A stretch of DNA of 64,000 nt from Octopus sinensis (GCF_006345805.1 NC_043001.1:63612001-63676000), one strand, 5' to 3'. Counted from the stretch's first letter, positions 1 through 11,721 are shown. Translations and numbers: made by a program. The notes: generated by a model from the letters alone, not told the origin.

Positions 1-1523
1 AACAAAGCCACCACCCCTCGACAGACAAAAGCAGGAATTCTCCCGTTTTGCTGCCAGTTGCAGTAGACGTTTGCCAAGAGGCCCGCAAACAAGTCTGGCA
101 TTGAAAAGTAAAGCTCGTAGGGCAGACCATCCAAACCCGGCGATCTACCTCTCGTGCAACTCTTCATCGCTTCTCCCACTTCCCAGGCAGATATCGGTCC
201 TTCGCAGCACTCTGCCTCGCTGTCCGAGAGTTGCGGTAGGCCGTCCAGGTACACACCAAAGTCTGCACCGTTGTCCGTTCCACCGCTCGTCCCAAACAGT
301 TGAGCAAAGTGCCGCTGAAGCACCGTACACATCTGCTTCGGTTCGGTAACCTCGCGCCCGTTCTGGTCCACCAAAGACCGAATGGTTGCTTTATTGCCTC
401 GCTTCGCCTCCGCCACGCGGGCCCATCGAGCGGCTCTAGTCCCTTCCCCGCTTAGCGAACGTGCCTCAGCTCTGACAACGCAGCCTTCGTGTTTGGCGTC
501 GAAGTGTTGGTCGAGGGCCAACCTTGCCGCCAACACGTCGGTCGCGATGCCAGTCTCAAGAGCCTCGTCTAGTTTCTTAACTAAATCCCGCTCTCTCTTC
601 CTACGTTCAATAGCTAGAGTCTTACTATACCTAATCGACTCTACTTTAATTGCTCTCTTGAGGGCAAACCACCAGTTGTTGTTGATGATTGCCCCCGTGA
701 GCGCCCGTTTAACTAGTAAACTAATCCGGTCTCTGTAAGCTTTGCACGCCGTTAACGACGCGTTCAGCTTCCAGTAGCCGGGTCCCTGTCTATGTAGCCT
801 ATCTAAGTCGACCGTACAGATCACTAATTTGTGGTCCGTATATTCGACTAGGTGGAATTGTGGACACCCTACGCTGTCCTTATCCGCTGGCCTACAAAAC
901 ACTCTATCTAAGTACGATCTAGACGACCCGATGCGATTGGTCCAAGTCCACATTGGCACATTCGGGTTGTCTAGTCGAAACCTGTCGGACAGCTGAAAGC
1001 GGCCGAGTAGGTTGGCGAGGCTCTTGCACCCTCCCCCTCTCCTATCAGACGCTCCCCTGCCCACCCGATCGAAACGTTCGTCTAAGACAGCGTTCCAATC
1101 CCCAACTAGCACTAGAGTGCTTGACGTTCCCAGGAAAACTTCCAGACGTTTGAAATAATCCGACTGCCCTGCTCCTGTCGGAGCGTAGGCAGCCAGCAGT
1201 CTGAAAGCACCGCCGTCACTACCGTCCACGTCGAGGACCACCAACTTACCTTCCGGATCCAAGAAGACTGTCCTTATTTTCAAGTCCAGGCCCTTCCGAA
1301 ACAACACCGCAGTACCACCACCGCCCGCTCCCGGCCGATACGGAGATAGAAATATCTCGTATCCGCCGAAAAGGGCTGCGAGTTCCTGCGGGTCGGAGAG
1401 CCTGGTTTCACTGATGGCTGCTACATCCACATCATGAAACCTCAGGTCGTTTAACAGGTGACCCTGTTTCCAAGGTGACCCGAGGCCTCTCACATTCAAG
1501 CAACCGATTCTAAGATTTGCCAT
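1..1523 (-). CDS. Tx1-A copy 1 ORF2, N-terminal part (APE endonuclease and start of RT)
   Basis: ATG at 1523. Motifs GCLNVRG, SETR, GDWN, GYWKLN and SPGLDGLPYE are present. The frame at the window edge (PAFVCRGVVAL) matches the frame of the ATG, and it lacks the small deletions seen in copy 2. Not every codon was checked for stops. Confidence 0.8.
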   Translation of the reverse strand, partial: MANLRIGCLNVRGLGSPWKQGHLLNDLRFHDVDVAAISETRLSDPQELAALFGGYEIFLSPYRPGAGGGGTAVLFRKGLDLKIRTVFLDPEGKLVVLDVDGSDGGAFRLLAAYAPTGAGQSDYFKRLEVFLGTSSTLVLVGDWNAVLDERFDRVGRGASDRRGGGCKSLANLLGRFQLSDRFRLDNPNVPMWTWTNRIGSSRSYLDRVFCRPADKDSVGCPQFHLVEYTDHKLVICTVDLDRLHRQGPGYWKLNASLTACKAYRDRISLLVKRALTGAIINNNWWFALKRAIKVESIRYSKTLAIERRKRERDLVKKLDEALETGIATDVLAARLALDQHFDAKHEGCVVRAEARSLSGEGTRAARWARVAEAKRGNKATIRSLVDQNGREVTEPKQMCTVLQRHFAQLFGTSGGTDNGADFGVYLDGLPQLSDSEAECCEGPISAWEVGEAMKSCTRGRSPGLDGLPYELYFSMPDLFAGLLANVYCNWQQNGRIPAFVCRGVVAL

Positions 1524-1563
1524 GCTTCAAAAGTAAGGAAAAAAAAAGGAGAAGAAAAAGGCT

Positions 1564-2905
1564 CTACTTACTGTTGTTGGTGGTGGGGGTGGCTCCCTTG
1601 TGCTTTTGCACGGGTGCTTCCAAAATATTTTTATACAGTTTCTTAGAGAAACTTTTCCCGAACGATCCCACATCGTTAGGGAGTATTTGTTTAATTTCGT
1701 TGTATGTTTTTGTGTTTATTTTTATTGTGAGAATGTGTGCTGGTGGTGTGTTGTGTCTTGGTATAACAAAATCTGTTATACTTGTACTGGTTGTGTTTTT
1801 CAAATACTCAACCAGTTCCTGGTTTCTTGTATTTATTGATGTAAGTGCGTCTGTGTGTGTTTGAGTGTTTGGCAGTGGCAGTAGTGGTGTCGAAAGTGTT
1901 GTTGTTGTTTGTTGTTGTGAATGTGTGTTGTCGTTGTTGTTGTTGTTGATGTTTGGAAACACTATTTGTTCGTGCTTCCCCTGTGTGTCTTTTTGTTTTC
2001 TCCTCCTTTTCTTTTTTGGAGGCACCGTGTTCCACTCTCCTTTGTCGGAATCAGTGCTCGCACAATCCGAGCACTCTTCATCCGGCAAAGGAATAGTTGA
2101 GGGGTCTGCTTCAGCAGCAGGACGAAAAGTTGTTGGTTCCGCCGGTATCGGTGGTGCCGCTGCTCCTGTTGCTGTTGATGGTGCTGCTGTCGACCTTCTA
2201 GGTACTGGTGTTGGTGTTGGTTTGGTGGTTGTTGCTGTTGGAGGTAGTGTTGTTCGTCTTGGTGCTGGTGATGGTGTTGGTGGTGTGGCAGCCTTTGGTG
2301 TTTCGTGTTGTTTCTGTTGTTTCTGTTGTTGTTGTTGTTGTTGTTGCTGCCTCTTGCTGTATGCCTCCATTCTCTTTTTTTGAATGGGGCAGTCCCTCTT
2401 CAAGTGGCTTTCGCTGCTGCAGAGGAAACATTTTGGCTTTCGCCCCTCTACAGCAACGTTTAGCCTAGTGCTGTCCGGCAAACTAACGAAATCTGGGACC
2501 TTGCTGATATTTTCTTGCTGAATCTGAGCAAGAAGCAGCACTCCCATCCCCAACCAGTTTTTCTCCCTGACTCTCCTGACATCCAGAATGGTGGTAGTGT
2601 CCTCTATGTCATAGAGGACAGCTGCCACCAGCCATGACATATCGAGTTCAGGTGGTACGAGGTCAATTTTTATTTTTGTCACTCTTCTTCCGAGGTGGGT
2701 TGGAACGAGTAACAAACTCTGTTTGCAAGGGCGAAATGGCGTGCGCTCTTGCTTGCTCCTCTGTTGGGAAGCGAACCTCCACGGTTCCGAAACGCTTCCC
2801 CTTGGTTACGTAGCTCTTTTGGGCCCAAATGGGCTTTAGAGCTATCTCTAACTGTTGGGGTGTGGCGTTTGTCATTCTTTTGTATTTTCTGTCGAAAACC
2901 TTGTA
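1564..2905 (-). pseudogene. Tx1-A copy 1 ORF1 (zinc knuckle CFLCSSESHLKRDC, polyQ, Pro/Thr-rich, basic tract), 5'-truncated with one frameshift
   Basis: ORFs 1564..2715 and 2663..2932 join across a frameshift near 2718 and align to ORF1 of copy 2. Confidence 0.85.
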
Positions 2906-2908
2906 TGT

Positions 2909-3253
2909 AATAATAGCACTCAGAGAGCGCAAACATCCGGCAAGGCAACACCAACGATTAACCAGAGATGCTTTTTAGATCTCACAAACGAGAATATTTA
3001 AAAATGAACACGACCGCTCTCAGAAATTAAGTAAAGAAACAGGAAAAATAATTCAGAATCCTTGTCTGCTACCGGTTCGATCCCAAAATCTAATCAGTTC
3101 GTGCTGGTCACGAGGCCAAACATCCCTGAAAATTTCATTCCAATCCATCTAACGGTTCTTGAGATACCGCGTTCTCGGACAGACAGACAGACAGACAGAC
3201 AAACAAACACGACTGAAAACAATACCCCCGCCTTCGCTAATGCGGAGGTAATA
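2909..3253 (-). mobile_element. Non-autonomous Helentron-type element (HINE/DINE-1-like)
   Basis: Minus-strand 5' end TATTACCTCCGC..GCGGGGGTA forms a palindrome, followed by a (TGTC)n core. The 3' end has a sub-terminal IR CTTGCCGGATGT and a stem-loop GCGCTC-TCT-GAGTGC before an A/T-rich end, which is the HINE layout. Confidence 0.65.
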
Positions 3254-3254
3254 A

Positions 3255-3438
3255 TGCCACAAGGGCAGCTTGGGAGAAGGGATTGTGTCGATTACATCGA
3301 CCCCAGTGTGTAACTGGTACTTATTTAATCCACCCCGAAAGGATAAAAGACAAAGTCGATATCGGCAAAATTTTAACTCAGAACGTAGCGGCTAAGCATT
3401 TCACCCGGCGTGTTAACCATCCTGCCAGCTCGCCGCCT
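3255..3438 (-). mobile_element. tRNA-derived SINE (dominant family of this window), degenerate copy
   Basis: Head GGCGGCGAGCTGGCAG and body ATCCTTTCGGGGT..AAGTACCAG..CTGGGGTCGATGTAATCGAC are shared with the copies at 20209-20629 and 40708-40929. Confidence 0.85.
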
Positions 3439-3443
3439 TAATA

Positions 3444-3517
<74 letters not shown>

Positions 3518-3788
3518 TCTTTTTATTGGCCACAAGAGTTGACACACATGATTAGAAAACATAAAGGGACAAAACAGGACGAAAGGTTACAAAAGGTTTT
3601 GTCCGTTTGTGAAAAAATCGAGTAAAAAGGCTGTTTAACAAAGAAAATATAACGACGAAAAACTCCCAATAGGGGGAAGCGTTACGGAAAAAGAACAGGT
3701 CTCACGTGGAAAAACCCATAAAAGCCACGGGAGCCTGGTCAAAAGGGGGGTAGAGAGCCCCTTTCTCTTTTTATAATACCTTTTTCAA

Positions 3789-6700
3789 TTACAGGCGAAA
3801 CCTCAGAATTGGTCCATTTACACTGGCCATTCTTGCACAATTCACCCACCTTTCAGAAAACTTGCTATCAGACAGCACTCTCCTCTCTAACCTCATCTTC
3901 CTTTTCAAGTGAAACTTGAAAAAGTTGATGAGGCCTTGACCAAAGTGGAAAGTGTCTGACTTTAGCCCTTTCAAACGGGTTCACCATACAACTTCTTTCG
4001 CCACAGCCACTAGGCACAGGAAAACGGCCTCGCCCTCCTTGTTAAAGAAGGTCGGCGGGGCAATCTTCACTATGGATTCAGCTGATAGCCGGATCCGTCC
4101 TATACGTGACAGTAGCTGTTCGACATAAACCCATAGTTCAGCAATACTCGGGCACTGGACGAGAGCGTGCAGAACGGTTTCGTCGTCCTGGCAACACCTC
4201 GGGCAGGCCCGGCTGACGGCACTTCCGTGCCGATAGAGTTTATCCCGAACAGGCAGAGCCCCTCGGTAGCACTGCCAGGCGAGCGACCTCTGGAAATTAT
4301 CCATTGGCCCCGGCCCGAAAGTCCTTCCAAACAGACCGCTCAGTTCGTTATCAACACCTAGAGTTTCCCCGAGAACGTCGTCGCATTTTTCCTCCACTAA
4401 ACCTCTATAGAACGCTAGAGTGGAACTAAACCGATCGCATTGCCCGCCTCGTGGAGGGCTGAGAGAGCTTGACGGCACTCGAGGTGCCAAGCGCCCTTTC
4501 TCGGTCTACGTTTGATCCAGGTCTGCAGCTGTGTCAAAGAGACGAGCTGAGGAAAGTCGCGTCTGACAAAAGACTGTCACACCTGTTCACCGTCTAGGAA
4601 GCGCTTGAGATGTCGCAGCCTGAGCGCATGTCTGCGCATCAGTAACCACGGCATGCCAAGGCCTCCGTTCAGCGGTCGTTGACAGCAGATGGATCGCCTG
4701 ACCAGTGGCACCTGACCCTTCCACAAAAAGTCGAAGAGCAGGCGTACCAGCTTGGCCAACCAGCGGTCGGGACAAGGGACGACGCTCAAGCGGTAATAGA
4801 TGACGGATGCGATGTAAGCATTCGCCACCTCCGCTCGACCTTTCAGGGACAGCTTCCTCTCGGCCCATTTCTGGGTGAGACGTGCCCCTCTGCTCGTCAC
4901 TTCTTCCCAATTTTTATCCACCTGGAGGTCCGGACCGAACCAGACCCCGAGCAGTTTGACGGGTCCGTCTGTCCAGCGCCCTACGACGCTGTTGGACGGC
5001 ATGGACTTGCCTCTCCAGGTGCCCAGTTGCAATTCCACAGACTTTTCCTCGTTAATCTTTGCCCCTGTCACCGCTTCGTACTCGTTTAGTATCTCGCCAA
5101 TCAGGTCAATGTGCCTGTGGCTCGACACCATCACGGTGACGTCGTCGGCATAGGCAGACACGCTGTTTCCGTCTCCTAGATCGCGCGGGATACCCCTCAA
5201 AGCTTCCAACTTGCGCAGTAATGGCTCCAGATTCAATATGTACAAGAGGGAGGAGAGAGGGTATCCTTGGCGGACAGAACGCGAGATGTCGAACGGTTCC
5301 GAAAGGTGACCGTTTACCCGTATCACCGAGCAGATGTTGTTGTATAAAGCAGCTATCCACCCGCGGAAGACTGGACCGAAGCCAGCTGCCTTGAGAACAG
5401 CTGCCAGGTACCGATGGTCGACCCTATCGAAGGCTTTACTCTGATCTAAATTTATCAAAGCCCCACCCGCGCCAGCATCGTTACCCACCCTCTCTATGAT
5501 GTAGCGCATGAGATGGAGGTTGTCGTGTATCGACCTGGTCGGCACGGTGCATGTCTGCGTCTTGCCAACCAGCTTGTCCACGATAAGCGCCAATCTCTCG
5601 GCTAGCACCTTGGCCAAAATCTTCAATTCTGCAATGAGCAGGGTGATGGGCTGAAAATTCCCTATAATGTCCCCCTTGTTTGGGTCCTTTTTTAGCAAAG
5701 CCACCACCCCTCGACAGACAAAAGCAGGAATTCTCCCGTTTTGCTGCCAGTTGCAGTAGACGTTTGCCAAGAGGCCCGCAAACAAGTCTGGCATTGAAGT
5801 GTAAAGCTCGTAGGGCAGACCATCCAAACCCGGCGATCTACATCTCGTGCAACTCTTCATTGCTTCCTCCACTTCCCAGGCAGATATCGGTCCTTCGCAG
5901 CACTCTGCCTCGCTGTCCGAGAGTTGCGGTAGACTGTCCAGGTACACACCGAAGTCTGTACCGCTGTCCGTTCCACCGCTCGTCCCAAACAGTTGAGCAA
6001 AGTGCCGCTGAAACACCGCACACATCTGCTTTGGTTCGGTAACCTCGCGCCCGTTCTGGTTCACCAAAGACCAAATGGTTGCTTTGTTGCCTCCGCCACG
6101 CGGGCCCATCGAGCGGCTCTAGTCCCTTCTCCGCTTAGCGAACGTGCCTTAGCTCTGACAACGCAGCCTTCGTGTTTGGTGTCAAAGTGTTGGTCGAGGG
6201 CCAGCCTTGCCGCCAACACGTCGGTCGCGATGCCAGTCTCAAGAGCCTTGTCTAGTTTCTTAACTAAATCCTGCTCTCTCTTCCTACGTTCAATAGCTAG
6301 AGTCTTACTATACCTAATCGACTCTACTCTAATTGCTCTCTTGAGGGCAAACAACCAGTTGTTGATGATTGCCCCCGTGAGCGCCCGTTTAACTAATAAA
6401 CTAATCCGGTCTCTGTAGGCTTTGCATGCCGTTAACGACGCGTTCAGCTTCCAGTAGCCGGGTCCCTGTCTATGTAGCCTATCTAAGTCGACCGTACAGA
6501 TCACGAATTTGTGGTCCGTGTAGTCGATTAGGTGGAATTGTGGGCACCCTATGCTGTCCTTATCCGCTGGCCTACAAAACACTCTAAGTACGATCTAGAC
6601 GACCCGATGCGATTGGTCCAAGTCCACATTGGCACATTCGGGTTGTCTAGTCGAAACCTGTCGGACACCTGAAAGCGCCCGAGTAGGTTGGCGAGGCTCT

Positions 6701-7179
6701 TGCACCCCCCTCTCCTATCAGATGCTCCCCTGCCCAACCGATCGAAACGTTCGTCTAAGACAGCGTTCCAATCCCCAACTAGCACTAGAGTGTATGATGT
6801 TCCCAGGAAAACTTCCAGACGTTTGAAATAATCCGACTGCCCTGCTCCTGTCGGAGCGTAGGCAGCCAGCAGTCTGAAAGCACCGCCGTCACTACCGTCA
6901 CTTACCTTCCGGATCCAAGAAGACTGTCCTTATTTTCAAGTCCAGGCCCTTCCGAAACAACACCGCAGTACCACCACCGCCCGCTCCCGGCCGGCATGGA
7001 GATAGAAAGATTTCGTATCCGCCGAAAAGGGCCACGAGTTCCTGCGGGTCGGAGAGCCTGGTTTCACTAATGGCTGCTACACCCACATCATGAAACCTCA
7101 GGTCGTTTAACAGGTGACCCTGTTTCCAAGGTGACCCGAGGCTTCTCACATTCAAGCAACCGATTCTAAGTTTTGCCAT
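3789..7179 (-). pseudogene. Tx1-A copy 2 ORF2 (APE endonuclease, RT, CCHC zinc finger), frameshifted
   Basis: Fragments 6898..7179, 6549..6785, 6061..6582, 4577..6109, 3981..4490 and 3789..3974. Motifs LDQSKAFDRVDH, QGYPLS, AYADDV and CPRC..ETVLHALVQCP. Small deletions relative to copy 1 at about 6085, 6585 and 6900. Confidence 0.92.
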
Positions 7180-7217
7180 GTTTCAAAGGTGACAAAAAAG
7201 AAAAGTAGAAAAAGGCT

Positions 7218-8999
7218 CTACTTAGTGTTGTTGGTTGTGGTGGTGGCTCCCTTGTGCTTTTGCACGGGTGTTTCTACAATATTTTTATAAAGTTTCTTTG
7301 AGAAACTTCTCCCTAGCGATCCGACATCGTTAGGGAATATCTGTTTTATGTTACTGTATATTTTTTGGTTAATTTTGATGGTGAGAATGTGTGCTGGTGG
7401 TGTGTTGTGTGTAGGTATTATGAAATCTGTAATGTTTGTACTTGTGTTGTCTTTTATATATGAAACGAGTTTTTCATTTTTTGTCTTTATGGCTGTAATC
7501 GTGTCTGTGTGTGTTGGTGTGTGTGGCAGTGGCAGTAGTGGTGTCGAAAGTGTTGTTGTTTGTTGTTGTGAGTGTGTTGTTGTTGATGTTGGGAAGCACT
7601 ATTTGTTCGTGCTTCCCCTGTGTGTCTTTTTTCTTCTTCCTCTTCTTCTTCGGAGGCACAGTGTGCCATTCACCTTCCTCGGTATCTGTGCTCGCACAAT
7701 CCGAGCTGTCCTGATCCGGAAAGGGGATGGCTGTCGGGTCCGCTTCAGCAGCAGGGCGAAAAATTGTTGGTTCTGCTGGTAGCGGTGGTGTTGCTGTATC
7801 TGTTGGTGATGGTGACGGTGTCGGTGATTCTTCTTCGTCCTTTTTTTGTTGTTGCTTTTCTTGGTGCTGGGGTTGGTGTTGGTTTGGTGGTTGTTGGAGG
7901 TGGTGTCGTTCGTCGTGGTGGTGGTGATGGTGTTGGTGGTGTGGCAGCCTTTGGTGTTTCTTGCTGTTGTTGTTTCTGTTGTTGTTGTTGTTGTTGTTGC
8001 TGCTGCTGCCTCTTGCCGTCTGCCTCCATTCTTTTTTTGTAAATGGGGCAGTCCCTTTTTAGGTGGCTTTCGCTGCTGCAGATGTAACATTTTGGCTTTC
8101 GCCCTCCACGGCAACGTGAAGCCTGGTGCCGTCCGGCAAATTTACCGAGTCAGGTATGGCATTAATGTTTTCCTGCTGGATTTGTACCAGCAGTTGAACT
8201 CCCGTATCTGACCAGTTTTTTCCTTCACTCTTCGTATATCTAGAATAGTGGCAGTGTCCTCTATGTCATAGAGGACAGCCGCCACCAGCCATGATATATT
8301 TAGTTCGGGGGGTACTATGTCGATTTTTACTTTTTCGACCCTCCGCCCGAGGTATGTTAGAACAAGAAACAAATTTTCATTTTGCAAGGGCGAAATGGCA
8401 TGCGCCCTAGCATCCTCCTCTGTTGGGAAGCGAACCTCCACGGTTCCGAAACGCTTCCCTCTGGTGACATAGCTCTTTTTGCCCCATATGGGCTTCAGAG
8501 CTATTTCCAATTGTTGGGGTATTGCGTTGATTAGTCTTTTGTTTTTCTTGTCGAAAACCTTGTAAAATATTGTCTTCTTGTTTGTGTCATGTATGAGTTG
8601 TTGAGGTGTATTGAGGAAAACACTGTTTCCCTCTTTTCTCAACAACTCCTTTGCGCTTTTTATTTGGTCCATCGTAACTTTTACTTCCTCCGAGTTTTCT
8701 TTTGCAGCGGAGGCGAAATTGCTACGATGGCTTGTTGTGTTGTTGCTGGTGGTGGTGTCGGTGTGGCTGCTGGTCATTTTCTTTCCTTCTTTCTCCGGTA
8801 CTGGAGCACTGGTGGAGGGAAGAGAAGGAAAATCTTCGTTGACGTCAAAGGTGACGCCATCGTTGTCGCTTTTCTTTGCAACGCTCTTTCTTCCGTCCTT
8901 CTCCAGTACTGGAGCACTGGTGGAGGGAAGAGAAGGAAAATCTTTGATGACGTCAAAGGTGACACCATCGTTGTCACTTTTCTTTGGAACGTTTTGCAT
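7218..8999 (-). pseudogene. Tx1-A copy 2 ORF1, frameshifted
   Basis: 8142..8999 plus downstream fragments align with copy 1 ORF1 (LKPIW, GTVEVRFPTEE, WLVAAVLYDIED, knuckle, polyQ, QGKHEQIV). Confidence 0.85.
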
Positions 9000-9315
9000 G
9001 CCGGAACGTTGGGCGGTTCGGAGCCGTTAACGAAATTTTTTCGTGTAGTGGGGGTGAAACTTGAATAAGAGAACAGCCAGTTCTCTTCGAAGTCATATTT
9101 AAAATTGTAAGTGAAAATGTATGCAAAATCAAATTTTAAAACGCAATTTTACCTCCAATGGGGTAAAATTTTGCCGAGCCAACTAGCTCTGCTAGAAGTT
9201 AGTTGGCTTGGCCACACAAATGTCGAAAAATACAAAAACTTTTAGAGAAATTTCCAATCAAATTGGCACAAAACTCACGGAGCTGCTACACACACACGTC
9301 CGTCCTCTCGAGAAG

Positions 9316-9316
<1 letters not shown>

Positions 9317-9401
<85 letters not shown>

Positions 9402-9405
9402 TAAT
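9317..9405. repeat. (AAT)n microsatellite abutting the Tx1-A 5' end
   Basis: Direct reading. Confidence 0.95.
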
Positions 9406-9541
9406 GATAAATATTATTATGTGTATATTTATCTGCTATTTTTGAGTCGAATAACATCTATTCGTTTTGTATATCTGCTGTACAAAGAGAAGGCAGTAGA
9501 GACAGACCCAAATTGATTTTTAAATATTATGATGTGTGTGT

Positions 9542-9617
<76 letters not shown>

Positions 9618-9877
9618 GAGACTACTACTACAAATATAACTTCTTTTACATGACTTCAAATTTCATGTTAAATAGTGCACTCTTCAGACAGAAATTCAAG
9701 AAAGCATTATCACGTTCACCTGAATTGTGGCTAATTTAGCATGAAACCTGTCAGAATGGAAAATCATATTTATTTACTATAAACATACATACGCACACAT
9801 ATTTGTAAATATATATATGTATGTCTACACGTATATGCATGCACATAAGCTAATTGCTTTATATTTACTATTTTCAG

Positions 9878-9928
9878 TGTCATTATACAACAAGGGCTAC
9901 GAGAAGCCGAGTGAAGAGGAAATTTCAA
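9878..9928 (+). CDS. Candidate host-gene exon (51 nt, phase 1-1): xSLYNKGYEKPSEEEIS, linker before the Ig domain
   Basis: Acceptor CTATTTTCAG with upstream branch-like GCTAAT, and donor GTATGT. Stop-free, in unique sequence, and phase-compatible with exon 43702 (gives EEEIS-M-VRRIARG). Confidence 0.55.
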
Positions 9929-10229
9929 GTATGTGGTAGTTTTAAATAAAATTCTTCATCTCTATCTTGGAACTATTTAAGTAAAACTATTTGATTAACA
10001 CTAATTAATACTACTTAGGCGAGAATATAGCTTTCCACACAGCAGCATTTTTTCATAGCTATGTTTGGTTACATTGAAAAGATATGTGTGTACGCATGTA
10101 GAAGTTTGTGTGCTTGTGTTTGTCTGTGTGTAAAAGGGAGAGTGAGAGAGCGTGAGAGAGAAAATTTACTCAATAAGTGAAGTAAAGTTTATTTAGTCAT
10201 TCAGAGTTTTTGAATAACTCCGAGTTGAG

Positions 10230-10385
10230 GATCAGCTTGTGCAGTTGTGTTATTTAGAAGTTCGCTTCTCAATCATGTTTTTTAGGTCAATCCCAATGAG
10301 TCACACTTTGGGCAAAGGTCATCAGCCTCTGATCAACCAATACCGCGCGAGAGGAATTTGATGGATGGAAACTGTGAAACAGAGT
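10230..10385 (+). mobile_element. Degenerate CORE-type tRNA SINE fragment
   Basis: CACACTTTGGGCAA..GATGGAAACTG resembles the copy at 51077-51431. Confidence 0.45.
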
Positions 10386-10439
10386 AGAAAATTGGATGGA
10401 TGGATGGATGGATAAAAGAAAATTTCTTAAAAACTTGAT

Positions 10440-10890
10440 TAATATCAATAGCTTTCTGAGAGTTTCACATTCTTTCTTTAAATGATCCTTATACACGAAA
10501 GCATGCACATTTCACGCTGGTGTGAGATCGCACCAGCGTGCCCATGTGGGTAAGGCATACATGAACTATGAGAATTTTCATCCGGATGACCAGTTTCTGT
10601 CAAAAACCTGCAGGTCACTTGAAGGATTGAAGAGGCACTTGGACATTCATATAAACAAACGGAAAGTGGAGTCAATGCTGAAGTGAGATATTGCTGCAGT
10701 ATATGTAATCAGCTCTTCATACAACTTTCAGTGCCCAAAAGTCATTTGAGATCTCACGCGAGCAAAGAGCAATTATAGGTACAACAAGAAGTCGAGCTCT
10801 GCAAGTAGCATACAACCACTATGTATGTATGTATGTATGTATGTATGTATGTATGTATGTATGTATGTATGCATGTATGTTTGTATGTAA
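10440..10890 (+). mobile_element. Decayed RTE-like LINE 3' end with C2H2 fingers and a (TGTA)n tail
   Basis: Translates to (D)QF(L)SKTCRSLEGLKRHLDIH and CSICNQLFIQLSVPKSHLRSH (C-x2-C-x12-H-x3-H spacing), then a stop, a short UTR and (ATGT)n. Same layout as 44357-44828. Confidence 0.55.
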
Positions 10891-11721
10891 TTATATTCTG
10901 GGTATGGCTTCCGATAGTTTTAAATACTCCCTATTACTTTCACTATGAGTAAACCAAAAATTGCTCGATTGGACACCAGTTGCCTGCGATTTTCACAAAT
11001 CGACATATAAAATGAACATATCACTGCATCATCCTTCAGGAGCCTTAAGATGCCTGTGGACATTGCTTATATTTCTGCACTCAGATATAGACATATCTAC
11101 AGTTAATTAATATAGCTTATATACAGTGTCAGCAAAATGAGTTTTATAGAATATCGGATTTTTCTGTTGGTTCTCCTCGTATCCAAAGAAGAAATTGTTT
11201 TACCTGACACATTTAGTTTCATATACAAGAAAGTAATTTCTCGTCATCCTTTTTAACTTTACCATTTCCTTGTTACTCCATATTTCCACTACCCCTCTTG
11301 TTTCTTGTTCTCAGACATCAACAATCTACTCTTCTACACTGACTGGCAGGATTGGACAAGATGTAGTGTATGCGGTTCTGTTGGAGAACGTCAGAGATAC
11401 GGTAAAACTATTTATTATCGCTAAGAACGCAGAGAATCACCCAATTGTCCATTCAATTCTAATTTTCTTATAGATTTTCTCCAGATGTTGATAACATCCC
11501 AAAGCCTTCATTTAATTCTTGTAAACCACACATCGCTTGCTTTAGATAAAGGATTCTATCATAACTATTCCTGCCAAGTTTCTATGGCTTAATGTAAAAA
11601 GTTTAATATTACACATTTCAAATAACTTTTAATATAATATTTTGTTTACTCGAAGAAAAATCAGCGAAAAATTTCGCACCATTATGAAATCGGCTAAAGA
11701 GAACATTTCAATAAATAATTT

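Larger units (their letters stand above)
1..2905 (-). mobile_element. Tx1/L1-clade LINE, family A, copy 1 (5'-truncated; 3' part runs off the window start)
   Basis: ORF1 with CCHC knuckle, a short T-rich spacer (1524-1563), then ORF2 starting MANLRIGCLNVRGL (APE endonuclease). Collinear with the copy at 3516-9312; homology to that copy stops at about 2905. Confidence 0.93.
3516..9312 (-). mobile_element. Tx1/L1-clade LINE, family A, copy 2 (apparently full length, about 5.8 kb, defective)
   Basis: 5' end GAGAGGACGGACGTGTGTGTAGCAGCTCC, ORF1 8999-7218, ORF2 7179-3789, and a 3' UTR ending GGCCAATAAAAAG. Flanked by (AAT)n on both sides. Confidence 0.93.
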
